64,000 bases of DNA, from NCBI GenBank assembly GCA_964016885.1, contig OZ024741.1, forward strand, positions 365,552,001 to 365,616,000, given 5' to 3'. Shown here one piece after another: positions 14,297 to 27,992 of the stretch. The notes beneath the pieces were generated by a model. It saw only the letters and a program-made list of their open reading frames with translations. It was not told the origin of the DNA and did not search any database. A program made the position numbers and the translations under genes. Each line of letters starts with the position of its first letter. The stretch's first letter is position 1. The stretch is from Eledone cirrhosa (Eukaryota).

Positions 14297-14332
<36 letters not shown>

Positions 14333-14868
14333 TATATTGAGTTATAATCTCAAAATAGTCAATTAAATAGCTCAAAAAAGGGAATATTTCCGAGCCGTGT
14401 AATACAAATGAATATATGATAGGGATGAAAACTGATACAAGTATACATGTGTTCGAATTGCAAATGACCAAGTTCACTGGGTTGAAAAATACTAATTTAA
14501 AATAATATGGTTTGCCTGTCTCGATTTAAAGTAATAAATCAATAAAAATAACAAAGCTATATTTGGCAATGGCCGTTATACCCGGAGAGATTCTAAATCT
14601 GTTTCGCAACAATTAATAAGTGAAAGTCACTATCCCTGTGCTCTTCTGCGGGTATCCAGGAAATTCGTACGTTTCACTTCAAAAGACTTAAGAAGACTGA
14701 GAACTATGTGTTGTTGAACGCACATGTCACAGCCTAACGGGTCTCATACTCGTGTCGCTAAAAATAGCAGCCGGTTTTATGGGACTAAAGTTAGCTCTAC
14801 GTATATATTATATATTTTATATTATGGAATACTGTTGGCTTCTTGCTACAATACTTTCTATAACTTTC

Positions 14869-14998
<130 letters not shown>

Positions 14999-15150
14999 AG
15001 AGAGTGTAACTAAGAGTTTACTGCAGGTTCACCCGGGAGAGCACTCGATGTTTAGGTTCACTTCTGTGATGAGGTGTAGAGCTATACAGAGTGTAATATA
15101 TTGAAAGGATAACAAGGACGATTGAATACTCCTTCATTGCATTTATTGAT

Positions 15151-15237
15151 AGGTGACGCGCGTTTCGCCACTGATCAGCTCAAGGTTCGATCTGTATCGA
15201 TCCTACCCGACTCAATAATCGGCAGCTAGACGGACCC
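15151..15237 (-). ncRNA. Hammerhead-like fold in the 3' pLTR (family E), long stem II, degenerate core
   Basis: GGGT-CCGTCTA-GCTGCCGAT...ATCAGTGGC-GAA-ACGCGCGT-C-ACCT. The core reads ATGACGA in the 13.0-kb copy, implying a CTGACGA consensus. Confidence 0.6.
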
Positions 15238-17279
15238 TCTTAAAATGCTATAAGAAAATAAAATACATGTTATGTGGTAAAGTCAGAGTTTCAAGAGTTT
15301 GACAAAATGAGTTGTTTTGATTGGTGGGAAGGATCAAGGGTATGTACTGGCCTGTAGTGTATATGATGGTGAGATGTTGGTGACGGTCGGTGGATGAGAT
15401 GGGCTGTGGTGTGGTGGTGGTGGGTTGGCCTTGACGTGTAGAGTTTGTGGGGGTGGATGTGATGATATGATGGTGGTTATGGTCGCTTATTGGGATGGGC
15501 TGTGGTATGAGGTTAGTGGATTGTCGGTAGACGGGTTGGCGTGTGTGGGGGTGTGGTAGTGGTGTTGTTGTTTATGGTAGTGGCGTTTGTGGTGGTGTGG
15601 TGGATGTGTTGGTGGTGTCAAGCCCTTACGGAGATACATAGCTAGACGCTCTTCGTCTGACAAATACGTTGTATATATTTATACACACACACATATGTAT
15701 ATATGCGCACATATATTGTTGTATAAACAGACACAAAACACATACGCACACCCTTGCCCACACATATCGACACACGCTCATACACAGCCAATATATACAC
15801 ACATGTATGTGTATGCGCGCATGCGGTCACATATAGAGAGTGGGGAGTATCCGTGGGGGTGGCGAAGGACAAAGATGGAGGGAAGGTGAGAGGCAATGGA
15901 GAAGGTGTTATACATATATACATACACATACATACACTCATACACACATACAGATATGGGCACATGCACGCACACGCACGTATACAAAATATACACATAC
16001 ACACTCACACACACGTATACACACACATATATATATACAAACACATACACAGACACACACACACACATACACATACATGCACATATACGCGCTCACATAC
16101 ACACAAATTCACCTATATACATATATGTAGACATACATATATATATATATATATATTTATGTGCACACACACATATATATATATATATAAATATGCTTAC
16201 ACGCGCGCATATTTATACGCCCGTATATGTAAAAAATACTTACACACAGACACACACACTTGCGTTGGTTCGGGAGGGGAGGTATGTGTTGGCGGTGTTG
16301 ATGAAGTATGGAGTTGTGTTGTGGTGGTGGTGGTGGTGGTGGTGGAGTTGTGAGCGACAAAAATATACAGGATCGAATAGTGCGATGGGTTACAGGTTAA
16401 AATGTGACATAGGGAACGCGGGGGAGAAGAGTTTATGGACGTATGGCGATGTGTGTTGTGGTCATGGTGGTGGTGGCGGTGGTGGGGTGATATGTTCGAC
16501 AAGATGATTACGTGAACAGAAGTTACGGTGTGTTACAGGTTAAGGCAGACGGGGGGGGGGATATAATACAGTCGATCTGGGGGTGAGGGATGATATGTCT
16601 TGATGTTAATGATGTTAATGATTGTTGAAATATGTGGATGTATCTAGTGGTGGCGGTGGTTGTGTGTGCGCGCGAAAGTACATTTACAGGGTCGAATTTT
16701 GCGTGGGGTTGTAGGTTAGGGTAGACAGAGGGAACATGGGGGATAAGGTTGAGTGTGTGTATGGTAGACATATGACGATGTGTGGTGTGGTGGTGGTGGC
16801 GATGGTGTGATATGATCGACACTGTATTTACAAGATCCCGTGTTACTATGGATTGTAAGGTAAAACCTATCATAGGAGACCGACCTAACACAATGTTGCA
16901 AGGATGAGGGGTGTATGGTGATGTGATTTTTGGTGGGGGTGGTGTATGCGGCATGATATACAAAATACGGACTTAGAAATGGTTACAGGCAGTACAATAA
17001 AATAAGTTCGCTGAGATGGGTGATGATGAGACGGGGTAGAGATGGTTATTATTATGCTGGGTCATGGTTAGTGTGATTTTTGGTGTGGGTGATGTATGCG
17101 GCATGATATACAAAATACGGGCTTGCAGATGGTTACATGCAATACAATGAAATAAGATAAAGTAAAATAAAATTAAAATTAAAATTAATAAATTCGTTGA
17201 GATGGGCGATGGTGATACGGGGCAGATGTGGTTATTATTATGGTGGGTCATGGTTAGTGCGTGGCCCTCCCCCGATGTT

Positions 17280-19771
17280 TGTGCGGAAAAGGTGTTTATC
17301 CTGGTGTGTCTGCAATTGACAATTATGTCCGACCTATAGTTTATAGGCGGCTTTTAATTTAATTATTTCCGCCGCCTCAGCCAGGCATAATCTGCAGTGG
17401 TTTCTGTCACTGGGGATATGTGCCACGCGTCTTTTCACTGACCACGAAATCTGGGGTTCAATATTCCTGCCCTTGAGGGCCCAGATCAAGTCGGCCAGTC
17501 TGGTTTGGGGTCGTTTCAGTCTATGTTTGAACGAGCTTCTGTGGTTATACCAGCGCTCCTTAAACGTAGTGGATATAGCACCTATATATGAGTACTCCTT
17601 ATTGCCGGCTGTGACATCACACCGGTAAACAATATTCTTAACGAGGCACTCCCTGTTTAGTGGGCATTCGGCCTGTTTTTTGCAGTCGCAGTTGGGTGTA
17701 ACCGGTGTGGTGGCACGTTGGCGGTTGGTTTCATGCGGTGTGGGTGTGGTGTGTGGGTTGTTGTGTTGTGTTGTGTGTGTGGTTTCGTTCTGGGCTGTGG
17801 TGGTGGTTTGTTGCGGGGAAATTCGTATTTTTGCCCTATTAGTGTGTGCTATTGTGTGGCCTAGGTTTGGTGCTGTGGAGAAAGAGAATTTTACGGTGTG
17901 TCTATTGAAGAGTTTGTGGTATTTGTGTGCGCGTGGAAAAGATTGTTCGAGAGCCCTGAAGAAGGTTCCCGGTATGTTAGTGGTGACGTGTATAGAATAG
18001 AGGGTGTTATACCATGTGACAGATCTACTTCGGTTTCTGCGGTGTTTAGTGAGGTTTCTGTGGTTGGGTGGTAGTTTGTGTGTGTTTTGGTCAGGCGTAT
18101 GTTTCATAGTGGTTCCAAGTAATCTATTGGCGTTATGTCCTTTGTCTCTATTGGTACGTAAACGTGTGCGATAGTCGGAGTCGTTATTGGGGTTGGAGAG
18201 TATGGCTTTATCTTCTAGACAGTTATGTGTGGCGCTGTCTGCACTGCCGGCTAGGGAGGGTCCTAGGTTATTGTTTGTCCTAGGTGTGGAGATTTCTTCT
18301 ATGTTCGTTTCTAAGTGTCCGGTTATGTTTAGCGGTGTTACGGTTCTATTTGGGTCGATGTAAGAAATCTTCTCAGTATTACTAGCGTTTATAAGTGCGG
18401 AGTTGTAGTATTCCGTGTGTTGCTTGAAGATGTTTTCATTAGCCGACAGGGTGGACAGTCTTTTGGAGACGCTTTTAACTATTGAGTTAATTATGCTCCT
18501 AGGGTGGTTGGACTGTCTGTTGACGTATTTAAGATTTTCCTTAGGTTTGTGGTATGGACGGTAGAGGTCTGAGTCTAATTCTAGGGTGACATCTAAAAAG
18601 TTTACTATCCTATTGTTAGGTTCAATTTATAATGCTAAACCTTGGGTCTCAAAGATGTACCTAAGTCGTTTGTGTAGTCTATTTAATTGGCTATTATTGA
18701 GTCCACGGGTCAATAGTAGGCCATCATCCCGGTATAAGCCACCGTCCAAGGAGGGGATCTCGTCTGTTAATATAGTTAGGAGGTATATGCCTACTATATC
18801 TGTAACCTGTGCGGAGTCAGTCGATTCCATGGTGATGTCGAAGCTATCTGGTCTATTCTGCCGTTCCCACAATCTTCCATTGAATTCTAGTAAAGTTTGC
18901 CTAGCTGTTATTATTATGTCCACTTCCTTTCTAGCGAGGCTTGATCTGTTTATGGCTGAGATCAGTGCCTTGTTAAGGATTGGGGATATAGATGCGTAGT
19001 AGTTCGTAATGTCCAATTGGACTAATCGAACATTCGACTTAGTTTCAATGGCACACAACCAGTCTATTACCTCCTTTGTACAAGACCATAGGCTGAGTTT
19101 AGTTCTATTTCTAAGTTCAGGTATAATTCGGTCAATGTTGATTTGCTAAGTCTACCTAGGTCCGATTTGGAAGGGGCTATGAGCCTGACCGGTAGTTTTG
19201 ACTGGAAGTCCGATTTATGGTCTTTAATGGATAGTCTCTGTGTCCTAGGGTTGTAAGGATAGGTCCTGTCGTCAATACTCAGTTCGGTCATTATTGTTTT
19301 CGCCTGTTTGTTTATGTGTGCTATGTTTTCTCGTGTTGATGTTTTGTATATTTTAGCGATTTCGTTTGTAATGCATTTGTTGTAGATTTTGTACTCCAAA
19401 TTGTATAGGTTTCCTGTTTTATCCGCTGGTATGATAATGCCAGTGCTATTCTATGATAATGTCAGTGCACTTCTGTCAGGGTTTCGCGGTGGTTTCCTGA
19501 ATCTAATTGTCCGGACCATGGTAATGATCCTGCTCTCAAACCCCTCTAGGAGTGGGTTGTGCGGTGGGTTTTTCGTTGATTTAAAAAGTCTTTTTATGTG
19601 GTTGGTGGGATTGTCAATTGATCCAGGGGCCCTCCTTTTGTTGTAGTGGTAGGCCCTCCAACGGATCCTCCTGATGAAATTATTAGTCTGCTTTAGTAAT
19701 AGGTCCATGTAGACATCTTCCGAAGGTATAGGAATGTCCTTTAGGGAGGAAGTGTTGTAGAACAATTCCAT
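17280..19771 (-). pseudogene. Naiad-type PLE polyprotein (RT + GIY-YIG endonuclease), disrupted by several frameshifts and stops
   Basis: SLKDIPIP...FIRRIRWRAY; VRLIAPSKSDLGRLSK; VQLDITNYYASI; FDITMESTDSAQVTDIVG; GLYRDDGL; NFLDVTL..YRPYHKP; CDC..CPL..CL..NIVY...YIG....FKERWYNH; CRLC; INYRSD...CRH. Confidence 0.93.
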
Positions 19772-21206
19772 GGTGTTCCAGGTGAGCGCTCGACAAAGAA
19801 AGGAGCTAAATATCCAGGGGGTGTAACTAGGAGTTACTGCAGGTTCACCCGGGAGAGCACTCGATGTTTAGGTTCACTTCTGTGATGAGGTGTAGAGCTA
19901 TACAGAGTGTAATATATTGAAAGGATAACAAGTACGATTGATTACTCCTTCATTGCATAAACCACTGCAGATTATGCCTGGCTGAGGCGGCGGAAATAAT
20001 TAAATTAAAAGCCGCCTATAAACTATAGGTCGGACATAATTGTCAATTGCAGACAAACCAGGATGAACATCTTTTCCGCACAAACATTCGGGGGAGGGCC
20101 ACGCACAAACCATGACCCACCATAATAATAACCACATCTGCCCCGTATCACCATCGCGCATCTCAACGAATTTATTAATTTTAATTTTAATTTTATTTTA
20201 TTTTATCTTATTTTATTGTATTGCATGTAACCATCTGCAAGCCCGTATTTTGTATATCATGCCGCATACATCACCCACACCAAAAATCACACAAACCATG
20301 ACCCAGCATAATAATAACCACCTATACCCCGTCTCACCATCGCCCATCTCAGCGAACTTATTTTATTGTACTGCATGTAACCATTTTTAAGCCCGTATTT
20401 TGTATATCATGCCGCATACACCACCCCCACCAAAAATCACAACACCATACACCCCTCATCTTTGCAACATTGTGTTAGGTCGGTCTCCTATGATAGGTTT
20501 TACCTTACAATCCATAGTAACACGGGATCTTGTAAATACAATGTCGATCATATCACACCATCGCCACCACCACCACACCACACATCGTCATATGTCTACC
20601 ATACACACCTACAACCGTATCCCCCCCCCTGTTCCCTCTGTCTACCCTGACCTACAACCCCACGCTAAATTCGACCCTGTAAATGTACTTTCGCGCGCAC
20701 ACACAACCACCGCCACCACTAGATACATCCACATATTTCAACAATCATTAACATCATTAACATCAAGACATATCATCCCTCACCCCCAGATCGACTGTAT
20801 TATACCCCCCCCCCCCCCGTCTGCCTTAACCTGTAACACACCGTAACTTCTGTTCACGTAATCATCTTGTCGAACATATCACCCCACCACCGCCACCACC
20901 ACCATGACCACAACACACATCGCCATACGTCCATAAACTCTTCTCCCCCGCGTTCCCTATGTCACATTTTAACCTGTAACCCATCGCACTATTCGATCCT
21001 GTATATTTTTGTCGCTCACAACTCCAGCACCACCACCACCACCACCACAACACAACTCCATACTTCATCAACACCGCCAACACATACCTCCACTTCCGAA
21101 CCAACGCAAGTGTGTGTGTCTGTGTGTAAGTATTTTTTACATATACGGGCGTATAAATATGCGTGCGTGTACGCATATTTATATATATATATATGTGTCT
21201 GTGCAC

Positions 21207-21255
<49 letters not shown>

Positions 21256-22372
21256 TGTGTCTACATATATGTATATAGGTGAATCTGTGTGTATGTGAAC
21301 GGGTATATGTGCATGTAAATGTGTGTGTGTGTGTGTGTCTGTATATATATGTGTGTGTATACGTGTGTGTGTATACGTGTGTGTGAGTGTGTATGTGTAT
21401 ATTTTGTATACGTGCGTGTGCTTGCATGTGCCCATATCTGTATGTGTGTATGAGTGTATGTATGTGTATGTATATATGTATAACACCTTCTCCATTGCCT
21501 CTCACCTTCCCTCCATCTTTGTCCTTCGCCACCCCCACGGATACTCCCCCACTCTCTATATGTGTCCGCATGCGCGCATACACATACTTGTGTGTATATA
21601 TTGGCTGTGTATGAGCGTGTGTCGATATGTGTGGGCAAGGGTGTGCGTATGTGTTTTGTGTCTGTTTATACAACAATATATGTGTGCATATATACATATG
21701 TGTGTGTGTATAAATATATACAACGTATTTGGCAGACGAAGAGCGTCTAGCTATGTATCTCCGTAAGGGCTTGACACCACCAACACATCCACCACACCAC
21801 CACAAACGCCACTACCATAAACAACAACACCACTACCACACCCCCACACACGCCAACCCGTCTACCGACAATCCCCTAACCTCATACCACAGCCCTTCCC
21901 AAAAAGCGACCATAACCACCATCATATCATCACATCCACCCCCACATACTCTACATGCCAAGGCCAACCCACCACCACCACACCACAGCCCATCTCATCC
22001 ACCGACCGTCACCAACATTTCACCATCACATCCATCCCCATATAGACTACAGTCCAGTACATCCCCTTGATCCTTCCCACCAATCAAAACAACTCATTTT
22101 GTCAAACTCTTGAAACTCTGACTTTACCACATAACATGTATTTCATTTTCTCATAACATTTTAAGAGGGTCCGTCTAGCTGCCGATTATTATATATATAT
22201 ATGCCTTATCCCCCTTCTCCACGGGATACAGAGAGATGGAGGCGATGACAATGGGAGTTCGACTCTGCCGCGTGCCAGATTATTATCGAACTTTAACTAC
22301 AATGAAGATTAAAATTATATCATATTTGTAATGTGAGTAGGATGTCATGCTGTTTAATGATTTTATATATAA

Positions 22373-23540
22373 CTAGCAGCAGGCCCAGCGTTTCACGGGT
22401 AGGAGACGTGAAAGAGCAACACGCATATGCAAAGATTGAGGAATGTAGCTGTGTGCTTTTTGAATTCCCGTATTCTCAGGTAAGGATTGTTCATCTACCG
22501 GAAAACGTAGAACACCACCAGGCCGAATCCAGAAGTAGCAGTGTCAGTGGGCTGATTGCGGAAATCCTGTATCCGAAAGGAGTAGATAAGTGTTGTGGGG
22601 TGATGTATGTCGTAAGTCTGTTCACGAATTATGTCACGGATGGGGAACACACGTCAGTCTGAAGGACGACGTAGTCAATTGTGTGAAAACCAAGTAGGGA
22701 TGTACGTTTAAGTAGGGATATTGAGATGACGAAATCAGCGTGGCAAGGCAGCTGCACCAAAAAGGGGTCATAGTGTAATTAGCACAAACGCTGGGCGGCA
22801 CTGGTTGCACTGCGTTTACACAGTGCGACAAAAGGGGTCACGGCGGAATTAGCACAACCGCTGTTCGGTGTACTTGGACAGGGTGTTCATACTGCGGTGT
22901 GCGTGCAACAAAAGTGGTCTTAATAGAAATAGCACAGACGTGAGTTTTATGGTGTCAATAGCATGGTAACGTACACAGGGCCCGGATTTACACGTGATGA
23001 AAGCAAGAAGCGTCAACAGGGACCCGACAAAAATTTTAAGGTCCTCTTCTTTTCCTCAATCCCCCGAAAATGGTCTTGCTTAAAAGTAAGTAAGTGTTGT
23101 GTCCTCTGTTAAATAAACCAAATTTTTAAAGAAATAGTATACGCTACTTACGATGTTTAAGTAGCGTTTATATTGAAAATAAAAATGGCATGTAATGCCC
23201 AATGCTAATTCTTAAATTTCCTAGAAACGCTCAATGGAATCGGAATTTTTATTTTCCACAGCAATGCAAGGGGAGTAACTAATGTGTGCTGCACATTTCG
23301 AGGAAATCGGCTGGATTATCTTTAAGTTACACTTCAAAAAAGCCTAAAAATGCCTTTTAAATGCGGTTTTTCGCCTAATGCGGGCCCTAGGGCAGAAAAT
23401 GTTTTAAATGTTTTGAGCCCATTGAACTTCAAGAAACATAAGTAACGCATGTGTAAAGTTTGAAAAACATTGGTCGGGTACTTCTTGAGTTTTAGGGGCT
23501 TACAGAGACATACAGACATCCTCTGATTTATATATATAGA
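22373..23540 (-). mobile_element. Non-autonomous Helitron
   Basis: Minus strand starts A|TCTATATATATAAA (23540) and ends in subterminal hairpin CCCGTGAAACGCTGGG then CTAG|T (22373). These are canonical TC...CTRR termini in an AT target with no TSD. Confidence 0.8.
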
Positions 23541-23582
23541 TTACTAGTGTTCAGATTTTTCTAATTCTAAAAAAATGTACTC

Positions 23583-23644
<62 letters not shown>

Positions 23645-23825
23645 ATACAGGGAGTGTAACTTGGAGTTACTGTAGGTTCATCCAGGTGAGCACTCGATGT
23701 TTAGGATCACTTCAGTTTCGGGGTGTACAGCTAGACAGAGTGTATTATAGTGAAATAAGATAAAAAGGACGATTGTTACTCCTTCATTAGCTTTATTGGT
23801 TGGTGACACGCGTTTCGGGTTCAAT
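23645..23825 (-). mobile_element. Diverged solo pLTR of the 15-22 kb Naiad family
   Basis: agggagtgtaacttggagttactgtaggttca...gagcactcgatgtttagg...ggtgacacgcgtttcg, directly after (TA)n. Confidence 0.85.
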
Positions 23826-23827
23826 CA

Positions 23828-24017
23828 GGAGTAACCACATTACGTTAGGTACTCAATACATTAGTAGAGTGTATACAACAAATTTAATAGAGAAATAACT
23901 TCTACAGGACTAAAACTGTTTCATTGGAAGGAAATCATCAGGCGTTCCTGATGATTTTTTTCGAAGAAATAGTTCTAATTAATCCTGTAGAAGCCATCTC
24001 TATATTAAATTTGTTAA
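23828..24017. mobile_element. pLTR-like fragment (family F) with local foldback and two back-to-back HHR cores
   Basis: 23878-23942 is inverted at 23948-24017. CTGATGA...GAAA is present on both strands. Homologous to 30830-30945. Confidence 0.65.
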
Positions 24018-24093
24018 CCTAATATATTCCTACCGTATACTGTACCGATTCTGTTGTTATTTCTGTTTACCTTTTACAAATATATATATACAA

Positions 24094-24360
<267 letters not shown>

Positions 24361-24866
24361 TATATATATATATATATATATGTTTCTGCTAGACCATTTT
24401 AAACAAACTCCCCCGGGATCACACGCAATCATGTTTCCTGCGACACTCCTAAAGCTTATTTTGGAAAAAACAGCATCTATCTTCACTTTACATATTAACA
24501 ATTGCATTGTAAGTTCAGTCATAAGCACTACTATCAATGATTACATGCACTAGTACTTAAATACAGATTAAGTGGTAGGGCTTCCTTCTTGACTAGGATA
24601 TTTAGACATGGTTGATATCATCCCTCTCAAGGTTTCAAACAACTATTGTACTGGCATATCATGCAGAAATCTCGAAAGGATTGAATGGTAAATTTGGGAT
24701 TTGATATCACAGCACGGATAGTTTGAACAAATATTGCAAAGCGTATGGTTCTGACCAATATGCCACTGCATCTCTAACTGCCATCCAAGGTTACCATTCT
24801 ATTTCGTATTCATTGAATCCTAGTATTTCGACAAATTTCATCTGCCCATTCATAGTAAAGATACAT

Positions 24867-24960
24867 AATTGTTTCTACTTTTGGCACAAGGCCAGCAATT
24901 ACTCAGTACATTACTGGTACTTTATTTTATCGACCTCATAAGGATGAAAGGCAAAGTTGA
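24867..24960 (-). mobile_element. Partial Meta/MESC-like SINE
   Basis: taattgtttctacttttggcacaaggccagc...ggatgaaaggcaaagtt. Confidence 0.8.
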
Positions 24961-25403
24961 TAGATATATGTAAATACACGTGCACATGTCCACACATGTA
25001 TATATAAGGTATTTATTATATACAAAAAATACCTTACCACTACAACCTCCATAATACTCTTACTTACCCGCTTAAAGTGCTTGTATTACATGTAACACCC
25101 TGCCACACAATAATCATATATAAATGAGACACACGTGCATGCCCCACGTGTAACTAACGCATACACTAACTACTACATCTGACTAACAAACTATCCTCTT
25201 GCATTATCCATATTAACTGCCGAATGTATTTTAATTTTGTTTTCATTTTGTTTTAATTTTAATTTTGATTTTGAATTTGAATTGCTATACAGAAATAATA
25301 TAATATAATATATGTCACTCCACTGTACATCAATATATACATATGTATCTGTATGTCCCTTGCGTTGGAAAGGAGGTCAATTATGTGTACAAACATTGAA
25401 AAA

Positions 25404-25450
25404 TGCTCCGAAGATTACAAGCCTAGGTTTGGATGAAACAATTGTAAGTG
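25404..25450 (+). ncRNA. Type-I hammerhead-like motif (family G, C4 variant)
   Basis: TGCT-CCGAAGA-T-TACAAGCC-TA-GGTTTGGA-T-GAA-ACAATTGT-A-AGTG, followed by AATAAA and a (TA)-rich end. Confidence 0.6.
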
Positions 25451-25517
25451 AATAAATGCTTTAAACATAGCTTTGATTCTTATAAATTCTATACACACGC
25501 ATATATATATGTATATA

Positions 25518-26337
25518 TTATAAATGTAAGCTATCGCCGTATTTTGACTAAAGAAATTAAAGAAAATGATTTAGCCTGATAGTGGGGTTAAGAACCCTCG
25601 GAGAAATGGAAAAAGATGAGTATTGGCGTAAATGGGAGTCGAACCCACATCTTTGGTTTTCCAGACCACTGTGCTACCATTACACCAACAGATCACCTGC
25701 CTTCTTCCATTCAAATTAGAAGCTATAATCTTAGCAACTGTAAATGTCAAGTAAGAATATTTTCGAAACAGCGAGCGAGTTTGAAATTATAAATGTAAGC
25801 TATCGCCGTATTTTGACTAAAGAAATTAAAGAAAATTATTTAGCCTGATAGTGGGATTAAGAACCCTCGGAAAATGGAAAAAGATGAGTATTGACGTACA
25901 TGGGAGTCGAACACACATCTTTGTTTATCCAGACCACTGTGCTACCACTACACCAACACATCAACCGTCTTCTTCCATTCAAATTACAAGCTATAATCTT
26001 AGCAACTGTAAATGTCAAGTACGTCAATAAATAAACTCGCTCATTGTTTCGAAAATATTCTTACTTGACATTTACAGTTGCTAAGATTATAGCTTCAAAT
26101 TTGAATGGAAGAAGATGGGTGATGTGTTGGTGGAATGGTAGCACAATGGTCTGGATAAGCAAAAATGTGGGTTCGACTCCCATGTACGCCAATACTCATC
26201 TTTTTGCATTTCTCCGAGAGTTCTTAACCCCACTATCAGTCTAAATAATTTTCTTTAATTACCTTAGTCAAAATCCTGCGATAGCCTACATTTATAATTT
26301 CAAACTCGCTCGCTGTTTCAAAAATATTCTTACTTGA
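25518..26337. repeat. 269-bp unit: ~1.9 tandem copies plus ~1.15 inverted copy, each carrying a tRNA-like gene
   Basis: Unit start ttataaatgtaagctatcgccg at 25518 and 25787. The inverted copy spans 26033-26337. Both outer ends are at (TA)n. Confidence 0.9.
25624..25697 (-). tRNA. tRNA-like sequence/pseudo-tRNA, anticodon GGA (other copies 25892-25966 -, 26118-26191 +)
   Basis: A-box/D-arm GGTGTAATGGTAGCAC, anticodon arm TGGT-CTGGAAA-ACCA, T-arm GTGGG-TTCGACT-CCCAT, acceptor only GGTG/CGCC, TTTTT ~9 nt downstream. Confidence 0.55.
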
Positions 26338-26398
<61 letters not shown>

Positions 26399-26553
26399 TT
26401 ATGGAGAGAGACACATATAGATAGAAAAGTAGATTACACCAATGAACACTTGAAAAGAGAGACGAATCAGCAATATACATATATCGTTATAAAAATCGAT
26501 ATATATCGATAGATTCGTAGAATAATATATCTTCAGCATGCATCAATGTTTGT

Positions 26554-26594
<41 letters not shown>

Positions 26595-26862
26595 TGTGTG
26601 TGTGTGTGCACGTCGTATGTATATGTGCATGTGTTTTATGTATGTCGGTTTGGCTAAATATATAAGTGTCTATTTAAAGAACTACTTATAAATAACACTT
26701 AAGCACGCACACACACGCACATACACGCATACACAGACACACATACACATATATGTTTATATTGATATATATATATATATATCCCACCCACTCCATTCTC
26801 AAAAGCGTGAACCTAATAAACTACCATCTGTACTGCCTCTGTTTTTGTTCCTGTCTAATATT

Positions 26863-26887
<25 letters not shown>

Positions 26888-26893
<6 letters not shown>

Positions 26894-27278
26894 TAATAAA
26901 AGGAATTCCAACTTTGTCTGATTTACTAGTTTTATTTACAATCCTTTAAAATTTATAATGGTATTATAATGAAATAGTATGATAGAATATTAAATGTTAA
27001 GTGTTAATTGAACAAGTACTTTCATGTTTTCGCAATCTTCAGGTTCATATTGTGTGGTGACAGTCAAGTTTGCAATTTTCAACTGTGAAAATTGCAAACT
27101 TGACTGTCACCACACACTATTAACCTGAAGATTGCGAAAGCATGAAAGTACTTGTTCAATTAACACTTAACATTTAATATTCTACCATACTATTTCATTA
27201 TAATACCATTATAAATTTTAAAGGATTGTAAATAAAACGAGTAAATCAGACAAAGCTGGAATTCCTTTTATTAATATA
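26888..27278. repeat. Near-perfect 390-bp palindrome with one HHR per arm (family H: 27009-27047 -, 27121-27158 +)
   Basis: Arms 26888-27081 and 27086-27278, 4-nt loop, about 6 mismatches by eye. HHR TGAAC-CTGAAGA-T-TGC-GAAA-GCA-T-GAA-AGTACT-T-GTTCA (composite of the two arms). Confidence 0.88.
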
Positions 27279-27339
27279 ATCTTCTATACACAAGCATACA
27301 CACCCGTGTATATTTATCTATCTATCTATCTATATATAA

Positions 27340-27371
<32 letters not shown>

Positions 27372-27406
27372 AAATATATTTATACATATATATTAATGTA
27401 TATATA

Positions 27407-27479
<73 letters not shown>

Positions 27480-27623
27480 GTATATATGTACATATATATA
27501 CATTAATATATATGTATAAATATATTTATATATATGTGCATATATATATATATAAAGGAACGAATGTCTTTCGTCAAATCGGACGGAGGAAACAATGTTT
27601 CCACTGGTCTTTCCAATTACTAA

Positions 27624-27685
<62 letters not shown>

Positions 27686-27734
27686 CTATTTATACATATA
27701 TACTAATGTATATATATAGACATATATATTGATG

Positions 27735-27787
<53 letters not shown>

Positions 27788-27992
27788 ACATATATACATA
27801 CATACATAAATATATATATATGTATATGTATATGTATATGTATATATATCTATATCCAAAATTAAGATAAATCAAAATGAATTTAATCTAAGTGAAAATT
27901 ATGGGTGTCATGCCAGAAAGACATGCGCCATATCACCTGCAAAATAAGGTCCAAGATTCTAATGAATAGGTCCGAGCATTTTATAACAACTA

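Noticed and set aside
15172-15178. CTGATCA as a novel hammerhead core
   Set aside because: It is better explained as part of the 3' strand of a long stem II; the real core position is 15227-15233.
17280-19771. Selenocysteine recoding, reported for some Naiad PLEs
   Set aside because: Cys positions that I could read in the three Naiad families are ordinary Cys codons; no in-frame TGA at those sites.
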